DNA from: Caecitellus pseudoparvulus
Lineage: Eukaryota; Protista; Bigyra: Bicosoecida
Assembly: GCA_965644315.1 (NCBI GenBank)
Contig: CBFFRQ010000038.1
Span: 124,001 to 188,000 of the forward strand
DNA: 64,000 nucleotides
Reading direction: 5' to 3'
Shown in pieces: positions 31,391-42,795 of this stretch (the first letter of the stretch is position 1; each line of letters opens with the position of its first letter). The position numbers and the translations under genes were made by a program. A model generated the notes under the pieces. The model saw only the letters and a program-made list of their open reading frames with translations, did no database searches and was not told the origin of the DNA.

Positions 31391-34300
31391 CTAACTTGAG
31401 CTACTTGCTGAGCTGTCTTGCTCTGCCTCGCGGCCACCTTGCGCTGCGCTGGCCAGCACAGATCTCAGGTCAGCGATGCAACCTGACCCAAACAGCCCAA
31501 AGCACCTCGCATTACATCTACCCCACACCTCAGTATTGAGGTTTTGTTGTGCTTCGCTCCTGGCAGAGCAGTACACGAAGCACAACTCAACATCCTCTGG
31601 AGTCACAGTCGACACCGAGAAGGTTTCTGAGCTGTGACTCGCCTCCGCAGCTCCTGTGCGATCGGGCACCTCTGCCTGATGCAACTGAACGTCCAAGGAG
31701 GGGCTACCTTGCCCTTCTTTCCACACACCATCCACAATGATGGGAATACCCAACATGGAGAAGATGGTGCTCGCTAGGGTGGCTGACCCCTGGGGTCGAG
31801 CAGCACCACCTTCCGTGGCTGCGCCCTCCCGGTTGTGGGGAATGCCTGATGGCCCGGGCGCTTTCCAGCCTCCAGTTGCAACTAGCTTGACGATGTCTTT
31901 CAGAGCCCCCGGCACGTTGACCTGCCCACCTGCGCTGCCCTCGCTTCCTGTCAACACGAACTTCAGCGACCGGTGGCTTGAGTGAACGATCAGTGTCGAC
32001 GTCGTCGCCTCCACAAAGGCGACTTGAAGGATCATGCGTTCACCCCGCTTGACCCATTTGAAGGCCAAGTAGTCAACACCAGGAAAGTTGCGCTGGGTGT
32101 GAATCAAGAGCACCTGGTTGACTTTCAGTTTATGCAGCATGGTGATATGCTCTTGGTTGATGCCGCTGGAGTCCTCCGTCGAGCCCAAGCGTTCCAGGAT
32201 GCGCTCGCTGAGCGCAACGGCTTGCATACCTTCGAAGAAGCTCCCACTGGCCCACGCCTCATGCAGATCGAGCTCCTCCGCCTGCCCTGTCAAATTCACG
32301 TACAATCCGCCAAACAAACCCATGTAGAGCAGTACGCCAACTTGGCTCTCGAAAAGGTCAGCTACTATGGGGGCGTTCCCCTCAACCACCTTGCCTGCCC
32401 ACATGTCGTCGAGGTGGTCCTGGGACGCCCCACACGAAACCTCTCCGGACAAGGAGAGCATCGCATGAGTTGCGACTCCGAAAGCAAGATCAGACCCACG
32501 AAAGGGGCTCTCAGTGAATCCGCGCAGATACGGAAACTGCGGGCTTGGCGCAGTTGCGTCTGCCACCAGCTGCAGCAGGTTCTTGAGAGGCAGCCTGGCG
32601 TCTCCTCCTGCCCGAGAACCCAACCACTCGACCAATTGGCGCTTCAAGGACCGGCTCCGTTCCTTGATGATGCCAGCGACAAGTTCGCTGGCCACCTTAA
32701 ACGCCTTTTCTGCGTCAGCATGCTCGCAGGTCTTGAGGGCCGCAACCAAGCGCAGCAGAACGCGCGGCTCGCCTCCGACACGGGCCACAAGCTGAGTGAG
32801 CTTGCCCTTGAAGTCGTCGGAGCCTCCAACCAGCACTCGAATATTTTCTGGAAGGGCCATGCACGCAACTGTTGCTTGCATGGCGTGCTGGGTTGAGCAG
32901 GTTGCACCAGCACCGGCAGCGGCGTTCGCTGCTCCTTCGCCCGGCTGCTGGTCTTCCAGAAACAGGAGGTGCTCGGCGAGAGGGTTGGAGAAGGTTCCAA
33001 GGTCGACGACAGGATTCTCAGAGCCCGCATCAAATGCAAAGCTGAAAGTGCTCCCCCGATCCTCTTCATCCGGGAACTCGAAGGACCGCACATCAGGCTT
33101 GTAGGCCAGCACTTTGCATGATGTCGAATCCCACAAAAATAGGGAGTCGAGTGTTCGGCGCCGGGCCGCGGATGCTGCTTCCTTGTGCTGCAGGTAGTCG
33201 CCGTGCAGCTCGTGCGCGTCGTCGACAAGCAGCAGGCGGGGCGTCGGGTGGAGCTGACCCTCCCGCGAGCCACAAAAATATCCGGTTTGCAGGCTCAGGA
33301 TGGCCTGCACCGCATCATCCTCCAAGTAACCGTCCCCAGCTCCCAACAATACAGAACTAATGCGTTCGTCAGCTAGCGCGCCCCCACCAGACAGTGAGAA
33401 GAGACCGTGCAGCAGCGCTTCAGTCACGCCCTCAGCCTCACTAGACCTGGAAGCGCGCCACGCTGACGGCAAAACGAAAGCATCCCCCCAGTCCAATGGT
33501 GATGATCGTGGCAATGGCTCGCAGGCACTCTGTCTTGCCAGTGCCTTCAGCAGACGTCGCCAGCACACCCTGGTCCCTCCCCATGCACGTAGCAAACGCA
33601 CGGGCGAAGAACTCAGCCCTCTGCGGAGTGAGCACAAACTCCGTGAAACCCAGCCTCTGCTGCATGACCTGCCCTGCAGCCGCTCCACTCCCAGAGCCGT
33701 ACCCCAGCGGGATCACGGGCACTTCAAACGGCGGCTCAAAGCACTGCACGTTCGACTTGTCAAGGCCAAACGGCATGCCATCCACGACCGGAAGCCGTAA
33801 GACCACAGCGGCCACCACGCCGTTGACCAGTACTGGGCGGCAGCCTAGGCTCCATGGCGCGCCGTCGTCGCCCGGGCTTGCGCTACTGAACTCAGCGGGG
33901 TTTCGGAGCACCCTCAGCACTTGCCACTCGCAGACATCCCCAGGAATGAAGTTGCCGAATAGGTTCCGCAGCCAAACAAAGCTGTCCTTGATATCAGAGC
34001 TGTCCCGATCCTCAAGGGCCACCGCCGCATCCTCGTACGCGCGGTGGACTCGTGGTGGAGCAGTCGCCAGGCCGCGGATGCTGTCCTTCCCACCCACGAG
34101 GAGGTGGTGCAGCGGTATCCCGACGTTGCACACCTTATGCAACTCGAGCAAGGGCACCTGGGCTGCGTCGTCCCTTGTGCCACCTCGCCGTGGACGAGCG
34201 CCGCGGTGGATCGGCGGCCACCTTCCTGCAGCATGCGAAGCCGAGCTAGGCGCCATGCTGCTCTGCAGGCCCGTCACCAGCTTCTGCAAAGCAACAAAAT

Positions 34301-37300
34301 CCCCAAATATACTGTTAAACTTTCTCTTAGTACGTCGAAAACTTCGATCGTCGAGTTCAGACAGCAATGCAGCAACATCCACTTCTCCCTGTGAAGCACA
34401 CGCAACCAAAGTGGGCGGTGCGTCGAGAATAAGTTTATAGACTGGGTAAATTTTCTGGTGGCAAAAGTGACATTTGAACACTCATCAGTTTGGATTTGAT
34501 CTCCTTCACTTGGCGCCTTTGCCCCTCTCTCCTTGACCGTCACATCGTTTTGAATGTACCCCCCACCTCCTCCGGCACCAGCTCCAACGGGCGCCCCCAC
34601 TGACCGAGGAACGACATTGCGCTACCCAGGCCAGGATGCCGCGAAGAGCTCCAGGGGTGCTAACAACGCACTGTATCAAGGTAGAAAGGTCCAAGGCTGC
34701 TGAATGTCAGCTTTGCTCACTCCGGGCCGCGGCCATTGCACGAGGGTACCATGCTCCACACAAGGGCAGTACCAACTCTGCCTTCGTTGACGGCACTCAC
34801 TACCACTGCTCCTCTGACGTGTGTTTTTGGCGTGCAAAGATGAAAAAGGATTTGAATCTCACTCCTGTGGGGCAGGACGTGTCGTAATGGCAGCAGAAGG
34901 TGCGTACTCGCGTCTTGTGGTGCAAACGGCGTTTCACCCATAACGGCAGCACCAGCTGCGAGCCTTTCCGTACCACAGAGCAAGACGCAGACACTCTAGC
35001 GCCCCAAGAAGCACCACAAGGGCATGAAGAAGGTGAGGCTAAAGCTACTCTCCTGTTTCCTGAAGGTTCTCTGCCCGTACCTACTCTCCCCCATGTCCAC
35101 CCCTGTCCGCAGGCCATCCTGGTGCCCAGAGCCCCGTGGAGGTTACAGTTGCTTCGGTCTCGGTCGAGGATCTATCCCCAGAGTCACTGATAAAATCAGC
35201 GTTGCAGAGCCTGCGCCGCAGCGTTCCTCTGGGGCACGGTAGCACGTGGTCCGACCAGGCGCTGGCCAAGTCTGAAGCTGTTGTCCACAAGTGTGCCCCA
35301 GCAGCCTCCCACCTTCTCCTTCACGGTGACATGAGTCCAGGCGAGCTCACCAAGCAGTGCTCTGCACTGGGGCCCGCTGAGCATTGCCTCCCACAGCCTC
35401 CCAGGGAGGTTCTCGTGCCCACCTGTCCAGCGGCGCTCGCCGGGAACATGAGCACAATCCTGACCGTGTTAATGGCATCGCCCGCCAAGCCTGCCACTGT
35501 TCAGCTTGTTGGGTCGAGCGTGATGATGGTGCGCGCAGCCTTGGGCAGGATGGCGCTCCCTCCACAGCCTGGGGAGGGGGTTGTGCTGGCCTACATGGCA
35601 GACAAGGCAGAGATTGGGATCGCAGCCGCGTTGCGGGACGCACAGGGACCTGTGACTGCCGCTCTTCGGGACAAGGTCCGCAGGATTGAAGGCGGCTTGG
35701 TGTATCGAACCACAGACCGCGAGGAGGAGTGTGTCGGCGAGCAGGGTCTCCTCGGGGGATACACCCACGCAATCCACGAAGACAAGTGGTATGTCGAGAA
35801 ACCTGAGCATGCTGCGGTCGCTGGCACAGCTTACAAGCATTTCATCCCTCACAAGAAGCAGCCCCCAGAGCGGCGGATTCAGGCAGTTGGCGTCGCTGCC
35901 GCACACCCAGCTCTGGGGAGCAGGTTCGATCAAGCGGATGAGGAGACCCACAAGCTGGTCGAAGGACCCATCCCCTGGACACCTGACGGGCACACTTTCC
36001 CCGACAGCGATGCATACCAAGCCAAAGCCGCAGAAGGGGGAGTTTCCTTTCGGTCAGCCATGGCAGCGCGTGCTGAGGAGCCATGGACAGGGGGGGCTGC
36101 AGCTGCAGAGGCTGGCCCGCTGCCTGAGAAGTTGACTGAGATGCTCAGGAACATGGAAAAAGAACTGCAAGAAAGTATGGCCCCAAGTTCGATGGCCATT
36201 CCTTTGCGAATGATGTATGTCCCGGTAGACGGAGGCTCAGACGGACGCCCTGTGGTGCCCTGGGGCATGTGTCCCAAGGCGGACACGGCCGGCACTTGTG
36301 TCTGGACAACAAATGGGATGCAGGAGTGTACGCAGTGCTTGATCACTGGCATGCGTGGCGTGCAGTCGGTCAAAAAGGTCAGGTACACCTGCCAGAAGCA
36401 CGGTGCCTCTGTCCTGGTCGGCACGCAGAAGTTCTGGGAGCTCAAGGACCAGCTTTTCCCCGAGCAGCAGCACGACGGTGCCCCCTTTCCCCATATGGAG
36501 GGGCGCAGGCTGACCCTGTCCATACCTTGTGCACTTGCTGGCTCTCTGCTCCTGGATGAAGATGCAGCAGAGAGTCTGTGGGAGTGCTACGTCGCGCACC
36601 GTCGCGAAGGCATGGCAAAGGTACAGGATGCATTCTACATAGACCTGATGCACCCTTTTCGGGACACGTTTAGGAAGTGGAAGAGAGAGCTGCGACAAAA
36701 GTTCTGGTACCAGAAGGACGATGCCATTGGCAGGGCCGTGGCGGGGATCGTGCGCCGCGTGAGGACCCCCATCGAGGAGAGGCTGCAGCTGAGCACTGGG
36801 GTGGAGGCTTTGCGAGATGCTGTGCTGCATATCTTCCATGTCACAGTGGAGCCACACGTCAGTCTGTACGAGGAAGCCCTAGCACGCTTCGCTGACACCA
36901 TCAGCGTGGACTGGACCTTCGCATCCTCCGCACGGGTGCACGTGGTTGGGCCGAGACCTGGCCAGCTTGATAACACGCAAGCTACTGATGAGCCTGCCGG
37001 GCCTGAAGGGCAGGAGTGCGACGGGGAGCATCTGGATGAAGGTGATGATGAAGCTTGTGAAGACACAGGCAATGTGCAGGCTTTGGCAGCGTGCACAGGG
37101 GATGGCAGCGGTGGCACTGCCACAGCAACTCGGGCCAGAGGCACAACCCGGTGGCGGGTAGCCCCCTGCATAGCCACGGTTGTGGGACGATACGGCTTCA
37201 TCTTGCAGCGTCCCATGCTCACGGGCCACGAGAGTGGGGCCAACCTGGCCTGGGTCCTGGACTTTTTACTGTACAAGCTGAAGGGGCACTTGCGGGAGCG

Positions 37301-40300
37301 TGGCCCGGCGGCGTCCCACCCCATCGTCATCACAGTGGACAACCTCAGGACCCACCAGCACACCCTGCAGAAAATCATCGACGTGCACTTCCCACTGCTG
37401 AAGAAAGGCGTGGTGCGGTTCGCGGTAGACCCGTGGCACTTCGCCAGCCGCGTGACCAAGACCATTCCCAGCAAATCCGTGCACCAAGATGGCAAGATGA
37501 TGTCAAGGCTGTGGTTTGACACTGTACACTGGATACGGACGCCCCCCAGAACGGAAGTGTCTTCGCGCTTGATGCTGCCAGAGCGAGACATTGACAAGCA
37601 GTTGAATGACCTGCCCTCCGCAGGGGAAGCGATCCAGGGATTCAAAGCTTGCGCCCACGCTATCCTTGCACGCAAGCCCCTGAGCCAGGGACAGCAGGGG
37701 GTGGTCAAGTCCTTCCTTGCCAAGTTTGGGTGGGCTGTGTACGAGCCAGGGCGTGCAGTTGGAGCTGCTGCAAGGCTTCGCGAGCACGTCCCCCTTGCTT
37801 TGGCGGCTGTATGTGCCGCTGCTGCCGGCATGCTGCATCGCCGCTCCCGCGGCCAGCCATTCACTGTGACTGCTGAAGGCGTACATGAGGGTGAAGGTGC
37901 CATTCCCATGCTTCCTCTGCACGTGGGCCCAGACCACGTGAAACAAGCTCAGGCTGAGCTGAAGCAGGTTGCCAAGCTCTTCGAGGTAGTCTGGGCGCCC
38001 CCCAGCGAGAGTGGTGCCACATCTGTTGTACGCGGCGCTCCCACTCACGGCATCCTTGAGAAAGGATCTCCCTACACGTTGACTCGATCCCGAGTCAAGG
38101 CCTCATGCAAGAACTTAGTCGGCATTCAGGGTCTGATGAATGGGCGGGATGCGGTTAACGGCGCGACGACAACAGGGGGAAACGAGAGCCTACACGCTGG
38201 GATGCGAGACATGGTGACGGCAAGGACTTCAACCCGCCTCGATGTGGCCAAGATGAACCTGACACTGTACTGGCTGGAGAGGAACCAAGCCACTGCTGCC
38301 AAGCTGCTGTCTAAGTACACCAACTCGCACAGTCGTGGGCGCGAGACCCGATGCAAGGTGGGCAAAGCAGCAGACACTTTGGATCTGCTGTCTGCGTTGT
38401 GCTCTGATGTCACTGACCTTGGTGATGGAGAGATCACTGCGGCGCTTCAACGCAACCCAGTTCCACCCGCCCCACCATCCTTCAAAGAAGTCGAGGCCTC
38501 TGATCTGCCCCTGTACCACAGGGCCACCTCGTCTGTCACCCCAGAGCTAGAACATGAGATTCGCCAGCTGTTCCTGGAGGAGCAGCTGGCACGCAAGGAT
38601 GGGACCTGCCCCTACAGCGAGAAAACCTTGGTATCACGGATTGCCTCTGCAGCACACGCAACAGAAGGGCAGGTGAGGAAAATAGCCCAAAAGATGCAGG
38701 CGGAGGCAGCTGTCCATGATGAAGAGGTCAAGACGCAAAAGCGGAGTGGGGCCAAGACAGGCCACAAACGTGCAGGAGCCAAGGTCAGTCCAAAGGGTGG
38801 GACGGCCATGACAGAAGCAAAGGTCGGTGGGGTCAAGACGAAAGCACGTACTGGTGGAAAGAAGAGGTCCATGGGAACCAAACCCATGCGGAATGTGCCA
38901 AAACGGCCGCGGAGCACGAGCGCAGGCGCTTTCTGACCAGCCAAGTTTCACGGGAGTTTCACCCCAGAGCCAGTCCAACAAAGACGGCCTCCAAACCCAC
39001 AAAGAACGAAGCAGTTCTGAGCTTATTTTACGCCTCGAAATGTATGCCACCAAATAACGCTTCTTGCAGGATCATAGCCATCCCGTACTCTACCGCACCC
39101 TCTGTGGGTCCACATGGAACTCGGCCAGGGAAGAGTGCCAGATGAAACGCCACGCCGGGCCGTTTGCCGAGTCTCCTGAGCACATGAGGCAAGCAAGAAG
39201 CCTACCATACCTTTGAATATTCTAATGCCTCGTATATTTTTCTATTAATACCCAGTTTTGATGAAAAGTTAGTGAAAATTGAGTGTCTGGAGGTGGATGA
39301 AGGGTAAGAGTTTGGAGTCACAGGAAGAGAAGGTAGTCACTAAGAGGACAACAGCTTCCACATCCATCTATCTCAGTCTACAAGACAATTCAGCACAATT
39401 AATCAGGCTACAAAGCATCATCTCTACTTAAAGACGTAAGAACCTGACTCTTGTTGCCGCAACTGAGCTCCTGAGCGTGTACTAGGCGCCGGAGCCTCTG
39501 GGGCGGCTGGTCAAGTTCCGCATTCCGCAACGGTCGGTGCTGATTGGTGGTTTTCTCGAGAGATAGACGATCAGAAGATGCCTTAACGACCAAGACACAA
39601 GATCCCGTGAATTCATGGACTTTCGGTTTGGTTTCACTCATGGGGAGCGCCTGGATGGTCCTGTGGGACAACGCAACAGTCGAGGACAAAGTTGCCCACC
39701 GAAACACGTCCCAGACTTGCCTCAATATCAAGCAAACGGCCCATGCAAGTGAGCACAATAGTGTCCCAATGCTGTTTAAATTCTTTGTACTAGGCCCCAA
39801 ACACAGCTACACACCCTAACACTCACTCCTTTGCCGTCAAGTGCCGTACCCAGTCTATAAACTTATTCTCGTTCACACGCAAAGCGGGTGTGCCAGCCAT
39901 CTTCGCGCGCACGCCCAAAACAAGCCAGCCCTCACCGTAGCGCTCGTGAAGGCCCACTTCACGCAGGTCAATGCAGACTTGTCCACATCAGCGCCATCCA
40001 GTCGCGCGAAAGCGTCCCTCACTCGCTTCCTGTCTCTTTCGGGCAGCCGCCTGACAGCTGCCATGAAACGCCACTCGCCATCCTCGACCATAAATGCCAC
40101 TGCTCCCTCAAACACCGCACGCTGCACAGCGGGGAACAAGTTGCTCGTCAGCAGTTCTGACCAGACTTCCTCGCTCACACCCTCAGGCTTCAGTCGTCGC
40201 GTGGTCCGGCCTTCAGACACAAGCCGTGTGGCTTTGGTCCGCATCCAGCGGTCGAGAAACTCCAGGAGACGCTCCAGTGCTGCCACATCCTCCACCGACT

Positions 40301-41648
40301 CCACCAACGCCTCATACGATGCCTCCAGCACGCCCTTCTGCAGCACTGCCACCACTGATTCAACATCCAAGTCCGCCTGCGATGGCGCACGCACACATAC
40401 GCTCCGTGGCTCTGCCGCAACAATCGGCAAGTCGCATCAACACTCACCCCTTTACGCGCAATGGCGCACTTCGCACAGGCCACAGCAGCAATGTTGGTAT
40501 CTTCATCGTCCAGCTTCTCGAGCGCCTCCTCCACACGCTCCCTGTCAACTGCCGACAGATGCCTCAGGGCGCGCGGCATGTCCCCCTCACCCTCCGCCGT
40601 CATCCTCCCCACAGCAGCCGAGAACTGCGCACGCTGCAGAGCGGGACGCAGGTACGTCCCCAGCAGCTCTGTCCAGGCACCCTCGCTCACACCCTCAGGT
40701 GCCTGTGTCCACCCCTCCTCGATCTTGCTCAGCAACACTGCAGGCGTCTCCACCATGATGCCGGCCATGAGCCCCGCGAGTCGCTCCACCGCAGCCACGT
40801 CCTCGGCAGGCCCCACCACGGCAGTGTGCAGCGCCTTCAGTACGTCTACCTGCACCAGTGCGGCCACTGTGCTCGCCACGCGCAGCTCCTGCGCAGGCAG
40901 CCTTGCTGTGTGAGCCAGCCATGCACACTGGCAGGCCACGCCTTGCGACCACTCACTGCACGTATGAAAGCCCACTTGGCACTGCTGACAGCAGTCGCGT
41001 TGACATCGGCGCCATCCAGTCGGTGGAAGGCTTTCTTCACTTGCTCCTTGTCGGGGTCGGGCAGTGTGGCCAGGGCGTCATTGAAGTGGGTCCTCACAAA
41101 CCCATCCAGGCCTTGTGTGATCAGATCGCCGCTGCCCGCGTCCGCCTGGCGAATGAGTACCATGGCAAGGTCACCTACCATCCACTCGCGTCCTGCTTCA
41201 TCAAGATGCTGCAGCCCAAGCTCTTGTAAGGGCGCCGGGCTGCTGAGCACAGCCAGGAGATCCTCCACACTGTACACCACACAGACCCGCACAACGTCGT
41301 ACAAGGCGGATCCGGTGATGCTCCCTCCTTCAGATCGACTGTAGCGCAGTAGCGCCTGCGCCTGGGTCAGTAAACCGGGTGCCAGGAGGACTTGTGCTGT
41401 CTCCTCATGCACAGCCTGCGCAACAGGCATTGAGAGGGGACGTGCTGCCACGCAGCGCTGCCAGTGTGGGCGGTGATGCTCACTGAGGCGTCGTCAATGG
41501 CATCTGTAGCCTCTTGGATGGTGTGAGCATCCACCCCAGCAGAGGAAAGGACGGAAAGCAGGTCTCTGATCAGTGCCAAAACCTCGCTTCTAGCATCAGA
41601 TGCTGCCACACCAGCTGCGCAGTCTTCAGTCGTCTCAGCGGCAGCCAT
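31391..41648 (-). CDS. Crinkler/RHS (CR)-like effector: N-terminal exon repeats, P-loop NTPase, PD-(D/E)XK-like nuclease; transposon in intron 4 and an apparent frameshift (possible pseudogene)
   Basis: Predicted exons 41648-41484, 41415-40957, 40888-40448, 40376-39936 and 34388-31391; all introns are GT-AG and phase 0. Motifs: Walker A SAEGTGKT (about 33530-33555), Walker B LLLVDDAH, GGEPR, FESQV and NFPGVDY...FVEATTS. Frame change at the G6 run at 33484-33489. Confidence 0.75.
34416..39879 (+). mobile_element. 5.46-kb TIR DNA transposon, copy A (Mutator-like, 9-bp TSD)
   Basis: 33-bp imperfect TIRs with a 25-bp perfect core cgagaataagtttatagactgggta. TSD caaagtggg (34407-34415) / caaagcggg (39880-39888). 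A second copy lies at 53201-58665. Confidence 0.93.
34636..38936 (+). CDS. DxxH-type DDE transposase of copy A; spliced, with a 1-bp frameshift in exon 1
   Basis: Predicted introns at 34900-34978 and 35033-35112. Motifs ISVDWTF (D1), ITVDN (D2), VDPWHF (DxxH) and GGNESLH (E); Lys-rich C-terminus. A5 run at 34843-34847 versus A6 in copy B. Confidence 0.8.
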
Positions 41649-42795
41649 ATCCCACGAACGGCTTAAACTCCGTGCAAATTCGAGATTCACGCGCTTATTT
41701 GTTGCAGATGGCAGCAGAAAGCCAGGGAAAGCCGCTTGACTGCCCGTGGTCGCTGCGATCTGCGTGCCCCCGGTCCTGCTGCGCCGCAGCAGAGCCTTGT
41801 CGAGCGCCCTTCTGCAACTGGGGCAGTCTGAAGAGCAAATGCACAGTGAATCACACAATTTCATCGAAATAAAGGTACTTCTGCATTTGTTTTGTGTCCA
41901 TGCGCGTCCGTTTGGCGTGTCACGCAGCCATCGTTGGCGTGCTGAACCTGCGCAGGAGGCACAGAAATTTGAGGATGACCTGTGGCCTTAGGCACCCTTC
42001 CGTGCACTCAATCTCGGACACGCAGCTTGACGCTGCCTGGTAGCGGCCATTTGAGGACTGATTTGCGGAGGGAAAGTCAAAACCTTGCGCTAGAGCCGCA
42101 TCACTGTTCATTGAGTCCAAGTGCACTGCACTTCGCAGAGCAGCGCGTGATGGGACGAGATTGTAGCAAAGATACTGCGCTTTGTGGCCATGGCACTCCA
42201 ATGGGTGAAATATAGCTCTGCTGCCAAGCTGATTGGGGTAAACAGGTCGCTGTGGCTGCTGCTGGGACGAGGATTGAGCTGCTGCATGTTGCCAGATCCA
42301 CCACCAAGTCACACACCATGCTGTGCCAAGCCCATTCAAGTTCCTGATCATTTGCATAATATGCCTGCCAGGCAGTGCCCGGTGCCCCATTGGTAAAAGC
42401 TGCCTTCGAACCCAGCACCATGCCTGGGCCCAGCGTCTGAAGGGCGCCCGCGGTCTATGGACTTGAAGCACGTCCAAGAGCATGTCTTGCTTGAGTAGTC
42501 AGTCCCCATTGACGCAGGCCACGGCAACCCAACAGGCTTCACGTGGGGCGCGGGCGAAGGCTGTCGGATCGGCACAAGGGGAGCTCATGCTTGGGAGACC
42601 AGCCAATCTGCCATGGCCAGCATGCCTTGTGTGGTGAATGCATTGAACACTGCATTGGAAAAGCATGGCGTGGGCCCCAAACGCGCATGCGCTGCTCTGG
42701 CACGTTGCTCGTCTGCTCACGCTTCATTGGACTTCGCCCCGTGCTTGGCACAAGCACAGTGCTCGCTGCCTCAGATGGCGGCGGTTGCGTGCTGG

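Noticed and set aside
39400-39879. Short ORFs near the transposon end (also at 53200-53660)
   Set aside because: Interrupted by stops with no recognisable motif; treated as non-coding subterminal sequence.
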